From positions 1,837,495-1,899,755 of the forward strand of contig NC_068999.1 in NCBI RefSeq assembly GCF_001194135.2: 62,261 nt of DNA, in the 5' to 3' direction. How positions within the stretch are numbered: the first letter of the stretch is position 1; each line of letters starts with the position of its first letter. Shown piece after piece: positions 38,616 to 51,262 of the stretch. The position numbers were made by a program, and so were the translations under genes. The notes under the pieces are model-generated. The model worked only from the letters and a program-made list of their open reading frames with translations, did not search any database and had not been told where the DNA came from. The stretch is from Octopus bimaculoides (taxonomy: Eukaryota).

Positions 38616-40005
38616 CAGACACCTTGTGTGCTAGATGTAAAAATCATTGCTAACGATAGTTCGTTGATGTTGACATTTTGGGGTTACCTCAAGCCTTGTG
38701 AATGAAATTTGTTCCTTACTCAAAGACATATAATCCTTGCTCATACATAATGGTCATTAAGACTCCTGCGAAAAGTACCGTGTGTGAAATCTTTGCTTAT
38801 TTTAGTCAAAGCTTTTCATAAAATCTAGACGCTGTACGTTGAACTTACTATTCACCATATACCATATGCTAGTATCTAAATATCCGACTCTATATATCAC
38901 AGGTCATTCATATTATATTCTAGTTTTTGTAGTTATTCACCAGAGGGCGTTATTTCATTATCACGTGTAATGCGTGATAATGAATACTCCAACGAACTGT
39001 TTTTAGAATGACAGTATTTATATACGGAGAAGTTTTGATAGCTCTGTACGTGTTATCACATATTTTCATGTTGTCTCTTGTGATATTATCGATAACTTTT
39101 AATAAGAGAATGGTTGGCCTTTTTCCAATTCTCTTTAAAAACTGTCTGTTGTCTAAAGACATTTTCGAAAATTTGGAAGAATTCGCCTCATACTGCGACT
39201 GCAAATCGTTTTTAACTTTTATATTATTCCAAAGTCATCCCCTGACGGACGGATTGGTTTTATAAACCGGCATATGAAGGAGTGAGTAGTGGTGGTAGTT
39301 GGCGGGTTTTTGGTAGGACCTCGATATCTTTGTACAACGGAGGGTATTGCAGGAACTGAAGCAAGTTACATGTCATCGATAATCAATAATTTGAGAAATT
39401 AAAGATACTTGGTTTATAAGTTATTCAACGTCTCCAAATCTGTGGGAATTTAGTTCTGGTAATTCTTTAGTCAGTAATTCCTTAACAAATATAAATATTT
39501 TCACATGACATCCGATGGCATCAGAATGGCTCAGTGAAATCAGCGATACTCACTGATTTAAATTTTAAAACTGTGAGAAGTTGCCTGAATATCTCTATCG
39601 TTTCGTTTTTCGTTTCTTGTTCCATAGTTTTCTATCTTTATGGGATTGTGTGTGTGCGTGNNNNNNNNNNNNNNNNNNNNNNNNNNNNNNNNNNNNNNNN
39701 NNNNNNNNNNNNNNNNNNNNNNNNNNNNNNNNNNNNNNNNNNNNNNNNNNNNNNNNNNNNNNNNNNNNNNNNNNNNNNNNNNNNNNNNNNNNNNNNNNNN
39801 NNNNNNNNNNNNNNNNNNNNNNNNNNNNNNNNNNNNNNNNNNNNNNNNNNNNNNNNNNNNNNNNNNNNNNNNNNNNNNNNNNNNNNNNNNNNNNNNNNNN
39901 NNNNNNNNNNNNNNNNNNNNNNNNNNNNNNNNNNNNNNNNNNNNNNNNNNNNNNNNNNNNNNNNNNNNNNNNNNNNNNNNNNNNNNNNNNNNNNNNNNNN
40001 NNNNN

Positions 40006-40046
<41 letters not shown>

Positions 40047-40977
40047 AATGGAGGTAAAAATCAACAACAAGGTACTCCATCCAGTATGCGTTATATATAT
40101 TTCATTTGCTGGTTTACGTATATTTTTTCTGGAGCAATCCATGGCGTATAGATCCATAATAGTGTGTACACATTTTTGAAGAATCTTTAGAGTCACTCAG
40201 CTTTACGTGGCTATACGTCATAACACAATCATTATATATATATATAATGATTCACAATCAAAATGCAGAAATTGCGTATTCCGAATGAACGAGGTAATGT
40301 AATCCGATAGTAGAATGAATTCCGCAAATTAAGCACTCCAAAGTCAGTGGATTGCTGGTGATTTTCTTCCTCCGTCAGAGAGCCGGGTGTTAAAAAAACC
40401 TTCAAGGTCATAGAGAAGCTATACAATTCCTTCCAAATCCAGTTCAGGATATTTCGTTATTTTCGCTAATATCTCAAATAGGCAGAAGTTACTAATTGAT
40501 GCAAAGGCTGAAAGTTTCGAGTAGAGCTCTTGACAAATTTGCCAAAGTTCGAAAAGAACCAGGCACGAAAGTTCCGAACATAAGTCACTTCGAAACGTCA
40601 ACCCATTAAAATACTGAAATATATATTCATATACCGAGTTCTATTTAGCCTGTTTAAGTACACACACACACACACACACACATATGTGTATGTATGTATG
40701 TAGTTTATATCTGCTACATACATCCGTTTGCTTAGCCATAGATATGCAGTCTCTTGTTAATTCTAGTTTTCCCAATTTAATTACTGAGTGATTTTGGCTA
40801 AAATCTTTTTCTTCCTTCAGACGTTTCGTTAAGAGAATCTACATAACATCGGCAATATAATTAATTATATCGGTCTCCCGAGGAACACACACACATACAC
40901 ACAATCATAGAATATATATTTACACATATGTATATATGCATGTATATAAATATGTGTGTGTATGTGTACATGTATGT

Positions 40978-41021
<44 letters not shown>

Positions 41022-41548
41022 NNNNNNNNNNNNNNNNNNNNNNNNNNNNNNNNNNNNNNNNNNNNNNNNNNNNNNNNNNNNNNNNNNNNNNNNNNNNNNN
41101 NNNNNNNNNNNNNNNNNNNNNNNNNNNNNNNNNNNNNNNNNNNNNNNNNNNNNNNNNNNNNNNNNNNNNNNNNNNNNNNNNNNNNNNNNNNNNNNNNNNN
41201 NNNNNNNNNNNNNNNNNNNNNNNNNNNNNNNNNNNNNNNNNNNNNNNNNNNNNNNNNNNNNNNNNNNNNNNNNNNNNNNNNNNNNNNNNNNNNNNNNNNN
41301 NNNNNNNNNNNNNNNNNNNNNNNNNNNNNNNNNNNNNNNNNNTGTGTGCGTGTGTGCGTGTGTGTGTGTGCGTGTATCCTAGTGGTTCTTGAATTCTGAC
41401 AAATTCAGTTTTACGTTTCTAATTGTTTTTAAAACGAGATCTGTGGAAACAATAGCGATACTCAGAGTTTTGCAATCTATACTATTTAGTGGTCTTTTTG
41501 CCTTCTTTAGTAACATAACTCGTCACCAATCTATCATGTTCATATATA

Positions 41549-41650
41549 GGCGTGGCACCTTGGGCAAGTGTCTTCTACTATATAGCCTCGAGCCGACCAA
41601 AGCCTTGTGAGTGGATTTGGTAGACGGAAACTGAAAGAAACCCGTCGTAT
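41549..41650 (+). mobile_element. SINE family A internal fragment
   Basis: gcgtggcaccttgggcaagtgtcttctacta...ccgaccaaagccttgtgagtggatttggtagacggaaactgaaagaaacccgtcgta. Confidence 0.9.
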
Positions 41651-41773
41651 TTCATCGACCCCGAAAGGATGAAGGGCAAAGTCGACCTCAGCGGAATTTG
41701 AACCTAAAGACCGACAGAATGCCGTTAGGCGTTTTGTTCGGTGTGATAACGATTCTGCCCGCACGCCGCCTTA
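41651..41773 (-). mobile_element. SINE family B 5' half
   Basis: atcgaccccgaaaggatgaagggcaaagtcgacctcagcggaatttgaac...gattctgcccgcacgccgcctta. Confidence 0.85.
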
Positions 41774-41806
41774 CGATCTGCAAATATCGAAAGAAGTATT
41801 GATTTC

Positions 41807-41878
41807 TTCGTTGGCGTAGTTTCGATCTACGAACTTCTGGATTATGGGCCCAGCACGCTCCCACGGTGCCGCTCTGCA
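41807..41878 (-). pseudogene. Initiator tRNA-Met(CAT) pseudogene
   Basis: Minus strand TGCAGAGCGGCACCGTGGGAGCGTGCTGGGCCCATAATCCAGAAGTTCGTAGATCGAAACTACGCCAACGA closely matches metazoan tRNA-iMet (GCGTGCTGGGCCCATAA, T-loop ATCGAAA). The 3' acceptor strand (expected CTCTGCA) is missing and the D-stem is mismatched. Confidence 0.85.
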
Positions 41879-42387
41879 CAACGAGTGCTGCAGTAAATAT
41901 ATATTGTATTATTTCTCACGCTATCTGTTCTAGGTTTCATTATTTCTATCTCATCATCCATCATGTGATATTTATTTCTATGCATTCAACTATTTCAAAT
42001 GTACGAAATATAAAAACTACACAATACGCGCTACAAGACTACGATGTTAATTTATTTACTGAGAAACGACATTTCACTCTTCTCATATTCTGACAATTAC
42101 ACTTGACAAACCACATGCATAAATCTATGCGTTTCAAATGTTTCTGGATCATTCTTCATTTGCCATTTTCGGATCAGCCAGAACCAAATCAATTCTATAA
42201 AGATTTCCAATTCTGTAAACATTACACCAGGCAGCTTGCTAGTCACATGTACTACAACTGAACAGAGGCTAAAACCGAACACTACGTCTCTGTCGTGTCT
42301 AATCATATACGCTATATATATAAAAGCTATATAATAGCTTTTGAGGTAAACTGTATTTCTATGGGGGATAATAATGTTTATAATATA

Positions 42388-42525
42388 TTTGTATGGTAGC
42401 TTATAATATATTCTATATTTCTATAGTGGCTATTGATATGCACTCTGTCTGTATGGCGGCTCAATAATATATACTCTCTTTCTATGGTGGTTTATAATAT
42501 ATTCTATATTTGTATCGTGGCTAAA
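42388..42525. repeat. About 30-bp minisatellite, 4-5 diverged units
   Basis: Units tttgtatggtagcttataatatattctata / tttctatagtggctattgatatgcactctg / tctgtatggcggctcaataatatatactctc / tttctatggtggtttataatatattctata / tttgtatcgtggct. Confidence 0.85.
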
Positions 42526-43239
42526 AATATGAGACTTAAATGATGTTTTTTTTTATCAGGATATTAAACAAAATTTATGATGATATGTTTAAAAAAATAT
42601 TAAATGAAGAATTATATTTAAATACGAAACCTAACCGATAAGAATTTTTATGATGTGATGTTGGTATTTAGAATTTTAGCCATTATATTGAAAATTAAAT
42701 TAAAATATATAAATATGGTTGGTATTAGCATCTATTTGGTGTAGTGAATGGGATGTGCAAATATTTGAAGAGGTTGGTGTAATAGTGAATGCGTGACAGG
42801 TTTAGTGGAAATATTTAAGTAATGTTATGTATCTTCAAACTTTTCATTGCGTCCATTTTGTGAATGCCATTTATATAATATTCATTTTAATTTAACAATC
42901 TCTCAAATAACGTCAAATACAATATTTTTCTTCTCTTTCACACCAGTCAAACTTTTATACATCTGGGAAAAATTATATATATATATATATATATATNNNN
43001 NNNNNNNNNNNNNNNNNNNNNNNNNNNNNNNNNNNNNNNNNNNNNNNNNNNNNNNNNNNNNNNNNNNNNNNNNNNNNNNNNNNNNNNNNNNNNNNNNNNN
43101 NNNNNNNNNNNNNNNNNNNNNNNNNNNNNNNNNNNNNNNNNNNNNNNNNNNNNNNNNNNNNNNNNNNNNNNNNNNNNNNNNNNNNNNNNNNNNNNNNNNN
43201 NNNNNNNNNNNNNATATATATATATATATATATATATAC

Positions 43240-43784
43240 GGTTGTAGGGTGAATGCTTCTGCATATATTGAGGTTCTGGATAAAGTTGTTAAGCCTTGGA
43301 TCAATATTGTATGCAATGGAAGGCCTTATGTCTTTCAATAAGATTCTGCACCATCACACAAGGCTCAAATGACACAAGAATGGTGGTCAACAATTTGCAT
43401 GATCCCATCACGCCCAACATTTGGCCTCCTAATTCTCCAGATTTCAATCCACTTGACCACTATGTATGGAGCATCGTTGAAAAAAATGTCAGTGAACACC
43501 CCCATAACACCAAGGGTTCTTTGAAAGCCGCCATAGTTCGAGTCACGTCCGATACGAACAGGGACTACTTAATCCGAGCTTGTAAACGATTTCGACTCGG
43601 CTTAGAGGTAGTTATTGATGCTTATGGTGGTTTTATTGAATGAAATTATTAAACTGATAATTAGCTTTATGTTTATGTCATTTTTGTCAAAATACAGTTT
43701 TTTGGTTGTTATTATATAAGCGTTTTTTTTGCAAAATCTGTTCTCAGATACATAAATCTGTCCTCAGATACAGTCTGCACCCTG
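43240..43784 (+). mobile_element. Tc1/mariner DD37D (maT) transposon, 3' portion, pseudogenised
   Basis: YIEVLDKVVKPWI...RPYVFQ*DSAPSHKAQMTQEW/..NNLHDPITPNIWPPNSPDFNPLDHYVWSIVE...RACKRFRLGLEVVIDAYGGFIE*. One stop at 43339-43341 and one 1-nt frameshift. It ends in caccctg, resembling a CAGGGTG-type TIR. Confidence 0.9.
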
Positions 43785-44388
43785 CATATCTTACGGAAAT
43801 AATATTTTTTCTTTTAAAAAATAGAATTTCTTTCATCATCTTGTATGAGCATTAAGAAATTTGACAAAAGTTGAGTTACGATTATTGTATGTATTCCATA
43901 TTTTCAGATATTACCCATGGTGGCAAAAATACACTCACAAACTTGCTTATCATACGATGGATAAACACTCCCGAACAATATACATACATACATGCATACA
44001 TATATACATACACGCGCACACATACACATACATACACACACGCATACACACATATATATGTGCATACACACATACACAAATACACAGAATTAGTGGAAGA
44101 GAAAGATTCGTACACATCTGAATAGATTTCAAAACTCGAGATTAACTGAAGTGAATTAAGATTAAATCATGAAAGATCTTGACAGACAAATCCAACGCAA
44201 ATAGCGTAGTTCTCTTCTAAGTTTGTCATCCGGATATACGTCTATATTTCTGACAGTCACTTATTCCTTATTCCGGATTATCAGAAGAATTCTACGACGT
44301 AGAAGAATATTTATTTCTTCCGTCTTGGATTTCAAAAACTTTCCGAATCAAGACATCCTTCTATCTGTGATTGTATAGATGGATAAAT

Positions 44389-44441
<53 letters not shown>

Positions 44442-44450
44442 CATACATAC

Positions 44451-44482
<32 letters not shown>

Positions 44483-44544
44483 GCGAACGGACGGACGGTA
44501 AGACAGACAGACAGGTAGATAGATACTGTTTAGAATGGTAGGTG

Positions 44545-44900
44545 CAAAGATGGCTGCATGATTAAGTAGCTCGCTTTGTAACTAATTCGCTTCGGGTTCA
44601 GTCCCACTATGTGGCACCTTGATCAATTGTCTTCTACCATAACCTCAGGCCGACCAATGTCTTATGAGTGAATATGACAGATGGAAACTGTGTTGAAGCT
44701 GGTCATATATAAATGTGTGCGTGTGTGTGTGCACGAACGCGCGCGTGTGTGTCACAAACGATTGACAACCGCTGTTGATTTTTTAACGTCTACGAAACTT
44801 AGCGATTCAGTTAACGACACCGATAGAATTAAGTAGCAGAGTGAAAATAAGTACTAGAATCTCGGTAGTGCCCCAGCATGGCCACAACCCATCGATTGAA
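44545..44900 (+). mobile_element. SINE family A copy (near full length)
   Basis: ggctgcatgattaagtagc head, gggttcagtccc B box, internal (TG)n, ttgacaaccg segment, and gtgccccagcatggccac 3' end. Confidence 0.85.
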
Positions 44901-46276
44901 ACGAGCAAAAGGTAAAATAGAATTGAACAAGTGGAAAAGTACTCAATACATAACGTGGAGTATAGGTCTATGTATTCGGTTAATGTCGTATTCGGCACAT
45001 CCACCGCCGTCTACGCTGTCACCACCACACCATAATTCCTACAATGGACATCACAGTCACAAACACCACCATTAGCAATACTACCTCCTGGACAGCCACA
45101 TTTCCTTCTACCACAACCAACTCCACCAACACCACCTATTAATACACCACAACCATCTTCACAATCATTACCACCAACACCACTGACGCCAATATCACAA
45201 CTACCACCATTGCTGCTTCAACCAACACCACCATCATCACCACCACCACCACCACCACCATCACCACCACCACCACCACCATTACAACAAGCTCTACGAN
45301 NNNNNNNNNNNNNNNNNNNNNNNNNNNNNNNNNNNNNNNNNNNNNNNNNNNNNNNNNNNNNNNNNNNNNNNNNNNNNNNNNNNNNNNNNNNNNNNNNNNN
45401 NNNNNNNNNNNNNNNNNNNNNNNNNNNNNNNNNNNNNNNNNNNNNNNNNNNNNNNNNNNNNNNNNNNNNNNNNNNNNNNNNNNNNNNNNNNNNNNNNNNN
45501 NNNNNNNNNNNNNNNNNNNNNNNNNNNNNNNNNNNNNNNNNNNNNNNNNNNNNNNNNNNNNNNNNNNNNNNNNNNNNNNNNNNNNNNNNNNNNNNNNNNN
45601 NNNNNNNNNNNNNNNNNNNNNNNNNNNNNNNNNNNNNNNNNNNNNNNNNNNNNNNNNNNNNNNNNNNNNNNNNNNNNNNNNNNNNNNNNNNNNNNNNNNN
45701 NNNNNNNNNNNNNNNNNNNNNNNNNNNNNNNNNNNNNNNNNNNNNNNNNNNNNNNNNNNNNNNNNNNNNNNNNNNNNNNNNNNNNNNNNNNNNNNNNNNN
45801 NNNNNNNNNNNNNNNNNNNNNNNNNNNNNNNNNNNNNNNNNNNNNNNNNNNNNNNNNNNNNNNNNNNNNNNNNNNNNNNNNNNNNNNNNNNNNNNNNNNN
45901 NNNNNNNNNNNNNNNNNNNNNNNNNNNNNNNNNNNNNNNNNNNNNNNNNNNNNNNNNNNNNNNNNNNNNNNNNNNNNNNNNNNNNNNNNNNNNNNNNNNN
46001 NNNNNNNNNNNNNNNNNNNNNNNNNNNNNNNNNNNNNNNNNNNNNNNNNNNNNNNNNNNNNNNNNNNNNNNNNNNNNNNNNNNNNNNNNNNNNNNNNNNN
46101 NNNNNNNNNNNNNNNNNNNNNNNNNNNNNNNNNNNNNNNNNNNNNNNNNNNNNNNNNNNNNNNNNNNNNNNNNNNNNNNNNNNNNNNNNNNNNNNNNNNN
46201 NNNNNNNNNNNNNNNNNNNNNNNNNNNNNNNNNNNNNNNNNNNNNNNNNNNNNNNNNNNNNNNNNNNNNNNNNNNN

Positions 46277-46307
<31 letters not shown>

Positions 46308-46419
46308 CATATACACACACACAGATGTAAGTAGTAACAGAAGAATGAGAGAAAGAGAGAGAGTGAGAAAGAGAGAAAGTAATGTGTGCGCATGCGTGTT
46401 GCATCTATATCACTGTTGT

Positions 46420-46605
46420 AGTTTAACCCCAGGTCAGTTCTGATCTGGTAGACATAGTCAGAGACATTCCAGTTATGACCATCACATCTTGCGTTATCTA
46501 GAAAGGGCTTCGTTATGCAATATGACCTTACTATTCTTCAGATAATGAGGCATCATTTAAGGAAGGGGGATTTAGCTGCTATTTCCAGCTGATCAAAAGG
46601 TCATG
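46420..46605 (+). repeat. Dispersed repeat family E
   Basis: tttaaccccaggtcag...acattccagttatgaccatcacatc...gatttagctgctatttccagc, shared with 8370-8555 (inverted) and 48000-48140. Confidence 0.6.
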
Positions 46606-47023
46606 GAGAAACTCCATCTTTAACTACACATTTTGTTCTTCCTGAGAGTGTGTATGTGTGTATATATGCGTGTATATATGTGTGCATAAATGTGCATATA
46701 TATGTGTGCATATATATGCGTATGAATATGCACATATGTGGACTTATGTATATATATTTGCATTTGTGTGTGTGTGTGTGTGTGTGTGTGTCTATGTGTT
46801 CATGTGTGTATGTATCGACATGTACGTCTGTATGTGTGTGTCGTATACGTGAGTAGGTGTGCCTTAACTTCGTTCATTTGTGGGTGTATGTGCACGTATA
46901 TATGTGTGCAAGTATGTGTGTGTGTGTGTGTGTGTGTTTATCTGGGTGCGTGCACGTATGTATATGTAATATGTTGATTTTTTTCTGTACACACACATAT
47001 ATATAAATATATATATACATACA

Positions 47024-47056
<33 letters not shown>

Positions 47057-47999
47057 GCGTGTTTGTAATGTATACATGTGCGTATAAGTACCGGTGTGGA
47101 CGATTCTCTGTGTATGTGTGTAGATGTGTATGAGCATGCATGTGTATTATACGTATGTGTGTGCGTGAGATAGAGAGTGTGTGAATGAAAAACAGAGAGA
47201 GGGGGAGATTAAGTGAGATACTATAAGAAGATAAGGAAAGAAGAGAGAAGGAAGCGAGAGAGAGAGAGGAAGGCGATTGCCGTTCATTAAGCTGTAAAAG
47301 TTATTCTACCACCTTGGGATTAAAGCTTCGCTCTCAATGAGATTCTTTTTATCAATGTTTTAGACTTTTAAATGGTGGAGATTGAGCAAGGGTACCGCCA
47401 TCTTTATATATTTTGAGATTCCCCAGTTGGGAAAAACTTGTCAGGTGAAATGATATGTGATGAAACCATCTGAGACGTTTTGCTTTAAAACCCGGAAACT
47501 TCTAAACTTTAGCGATATGGACCGAGTAACAAGACTAATGCGACATTTTCTTCTTCAGAGAGACAGAGAGAAAAAAAGACAGAGAGAGAGAGGAAGAAAA
47601 TTACAGGGGACAGAGAGAGAGAGAGAGAGGGAGAGGAGGTTTTTGAATTAAACAAGAGAGCGATTTATATCTTATCGAGATATAAAATGACTTAGAAGAG
47701 ATGAAAGATGTGTAAGACAAAAGGTTTTTATTAGAAAACTATTTGCAATACTTAAACGATTATGCCGATTATGTTGTTTGTCAGTCTAATCTCAACTTAG
47801 TTTCCCTGTTTGAAGATTAAATAAATGGGATGATGGAACGTCTTTGCCAACAAATGCGTCCCCACCTTTTCTTCTTTATCCACCATTTTGTAAATAGCTT
47901 ATTCTCTTAAATGTCGCCATATGCAATGCGTTGTATCTTTGTTCCGTTTACGCAATATTAACTCTTAGTATCATTCACATTATTCTTGCCTTTTGAACT

Positions 48000-48140
48000 T
48001 TCTATGATCAAAAGTATTCCGGCCATGACCATCACATCACTTTATGCCTATCTGTATGACTCCATTATCTAATGTGTCCTCTCTATTTTAAGCGCTCAGC
48101 TATAGTTTAAGGGAGTTATGGTTACTATGTTTAGCGGGTC
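48000..48140 (+). repeat. Dispersed repeat family E
   Basis: ctatgatcaaaagtattccggccatgaccatcacatc...ttaagggagttatggttactatgtttagc. Confidence 0.6.
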
Positions 48141-48304
48141 GTACCTTCTACTCACAGTAACAAAACAGCAGCAACACCGAAAGTGAAAGTGATGTTTCGG
48201 TGGTGTTTAGCCCTTGGACAACGCTGACATCAAAACTGGGATCAATGTTGTTTTAACCGTGGCCATCCCGTGGGTTCATGGATATACAAGACTACATTAT
48301 ATTC

Positions 48305-48464
48305 GAAAATTACTATTTTACGACGACGAGGGTCCCAGCTGAAACAATCAACGGAACAGCTTGCTCGTGAAATTAACGTGCAAGTGGCTGAGCACTCCAC
48401 AGACACGTGTACCCTTAACGTAGTTCTCACGGAGATTCAGTATGACATAGAGAGTGACAAGGGC
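48305..48464 (-). mobile_element. SINE family C 3' half
   Basis: acgacgacgagggtcccagctg...aaattaacgtgcaagtggctgagcactccacagacacgtgtacccttaacgtagttctc is the reverse complement of 38460-38608. Confidence 0.9.
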
Positions 48465-48642
48465 TTTTAGTCGAAGAAATAAACCCCAGGACTTAATCGG
48501 TGTAAGCCTAGTACTTATTGTATCGGCCATTTTTCCGAACCGCTTGTTTACGAGGACATAAACACACCAGCATCGGTTGTCAAGCCCGTTGTATATATAC
48601 GACGGGCTTCTTTCAGTTTCCGTCTACAAAACCCACTCACAA
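48465..48642 (-). mobile_element. SINE family A internal fragment
   Basis: ttagtcgaagaaataaaccccaggactt...ggttgtcaagc...acgacgggcttctttcagtttccgtctacaaaacccactcacaa. Confidence 0.85.
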
Positions 48643-48842
48643 TGATAATCCTTTCTACTAAAGTCACAAGGCACGAAATTTGTGATTGAACCCAATGTGT
48701 CACTGGTACTTAATTTATCGACCCCGAAAGGACGAAAGGCAAAGTCGACCTCGGCTGAATTTGAACTCGGAGCGCGAAGACTGACTAAATACCACTATGC
48801 ATTTCGCCCGGTGTGCTAACGTTTCTGCCACTCGCTGCCTTC
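48643..48842 (-). mobile_element. SINE family B copy (near full length)
   Basis: ctggtacttaatttatcgaccccgaaaggacgaaaggcaaagtcgacctcggctgaatttgaactc...tgctaacgtttctgccactcgctgcctt. Confidence 0.9.
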
Positions 48843-49117
48843 TAAACTGTTGTAATAATGAAAATTGGTTTATTTTCTCTTTAAAGACGAAACTAAAGAA
48901 GAAAATGGCAACTGGATGGCTGTGTGTGTCCATGTGTGTGTGTTTGTGTGTGTATTCGTGTGTGTGCGCGTGTGTGTTAGATGTTTACGTATGTACTTGG
49001 GTCTTTGTGTATGTCTATGCGCTTGTGTATGCTTGCATGTTCCTTTGTGTGAGAGTATATGCATGCGTTTGTGTGTATACGTAGATTTTCAAACGATTTT
49101 GCATGGGTAGTGTGCGT

Positions 49118-49170
<53 letters not shown>

Positions 49171-50025
49171 TGTGCCTGTGTGTATCAAGCACAGGCACAC
49201 CTTTAATAAAAACATGTACACATACGTGTATGTGTTTGTGTTTTCACATTTATGCATATACGTGTATATACATATGGTTGCATGTACATACATACATACA
49301 TACATACATACATACATACATACACACATACATATGCAGAGTAAGTGAATGGAAGGGACCGGCAGCGGAAGTGGGTGTGAGAGAGGAAGTAAAGCAGAGA
49401 TATGAGGATAAAGGCTGGAGAGGGACAGCTTTCGAGGGATTGAGATTATCAAAGCCGATGGCGTAGAGTTAACGACGGCTTGGATCTCCTTCAAGAGTTA
49501 ACACGCCAAACGTTTATAGAATGGTGTCTGTGATAACACAGCTGACATTTCCATCTAAAAATTCCTGCGATCCGAATGAAAATATCATTGCTGCTGCTGC
49601 TCTGTGTGTGTGTGTGTGTGTGCGTGTGTGTGTGTGAGTTAGCCTCACTTTCTCTGTGACTGTGCGAGGGCATATAACGGAGAAGTCAAATACGTATTGA
49701 AACATACTTACATCTGTATGTATATATACTTGTGTGTGTACGTGTACGTATANNNNNNNNNNNNNNNNNNNNNNNNNNNNNNNNNNNNNNNNNNNNNNNN
49801 NNNNNNNNNNNNNNNNNNNNNNNNNNNNNNNNNNNNNNNNNNNNNNNNNNNNNNNNNNNNNNNNNNNNNNNNNNNNNNNNNNNNNNNNNNNNNNNNNNNN
49901 NNNNNNNNNNNNNNNNNNNNNNNNNNNNNNNNNNNNNNNNNNNNNNNNNNNNNNNNNNNNNNNNNNNNNNNNNNNNNNNNNNNNNNNNNNNNNNNNNNNN
50001 NNNNNNNNNNNNNNNNNNNNNNNNN

Positions 50026-50104
<79 letters not shown>

Positions 50105-50667
50105 GAGAGAGAGAGAGAAAGAGTGACGTGTGCATTTGATAAACGTGCATTATATATTCCAATAGAATACATCAGAGATGGGTGGAAAGACGAGGCTTTA
50201 AAGATAGGAGGAAAGTAGATATCTAACTCCGAGTAGAGGTTATAAAGACACCTGCATCCTTTAGCGGAGTAAGCACTAGAGATAATTGTAATCTCAACCA
50301 ATCCACCACCACCACCATCCACAATACTATGACGCCGCCACGGCCACCATCATAGACACATGAACATAGTAAACGCCAAGACCGAAATAGATAAGAAGTT
50401 TTCAGTCGGTTAATTATGGGGTATCAGATGTGAAGCAGCTGTAAAGTTTACCTTAAGATTTTCGTTACATGATCCGGTTCGGATTCCATCGCCAGGTGGA
50501 GCTGTTTTCTCCTTGCTCATCAGTACATTGCGAAGGATGGGAGGGGAAAAGCTGCAGTCCTCTCACTCGCAAAGATCTTGGTTGTTGTTGTGATTTTGTC
50601 CTTGTTACTGTTGGTATGTATATACATACACACACACACACATAATATATATACGTATATATGTGCG

Positions 50668-50700
<33 letters not shown>

Positions 50701-50944
50701 ATGTAAATATATTTATATATATACATATATATGTATGCATATATATATGTGTGTGTGTGTGTGTCTGTGTGCATGGAGATAAAGAGAATGAGGGGTTTAG
50801 CTCGCTGGTGATCTAAACGAATTGGTACGTTGTGTAAGTGCTATAATTGGTCATCCGTTAGACCTGTATACTTGGATCCTTGTATGTATGTATGTATGTA
50901 TGTACGTATGTAGGTATATGTGCATGCATCTATGCATATATGAA

Positions 50945-51262
50945 GTTTACTTCCCAATCGTGTGGTCTTGAGTTCAACCCTAATGTTTTCTCTCTTCATG
51001 CCCCTACCAGACCAAAGCCTTGTGATTGAATATGGCTGAGGGAACCTGAAAGAAGTCTGCCGCGCGCGCGTGTGTGTGTGTGTGTGTCGTTGCAGCTGTC
51101 TTATATTTTGTCTCCCACCACCGCTTGTCAACCGGTGTTGCTTTGTTTACGTCACATCAAAAGAGAAGTGACTGGCTTTAAAAATAGATAAGTACAGAGG
51201 TCAATTTGCTCGGCCCAACCCTTCAAAGCAGTCACCAAGCACAGCTGCAGTCCAGTGACTTA
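50945..51262 (+). mobile_element. SINE family A copy (diverged)
   Basis: cttcccaatcgtgtggtcttgagttcaaccc...agaccaaagccttgtga...gcttgtcaaccggtgttg...gcagtcaccaagcacagctgcagtc. Confidence 0.75.

Noticed and set aside
40335-40415. QWIAGDF, resembling the APE xGDFN motif
   Set aside because: It is a single short motif with no other collinear endonuclease motifs.
40815-40856. Minus-strand GAAAC-GTC with an upstream 4-bp hairpin
   Set aside because: The CUGANGA box is not intact; at best it is an unrecognisable relic.
50497-50600. CSSVHCEGWEGKSCS, reminiscent of an EGF-like motif
   Set aside because: The cysteine spacing is one residue short of C-x-x-G-[WFY]-x-G-x-x-C, the acceptor is weak, and the frame runs into repeats.
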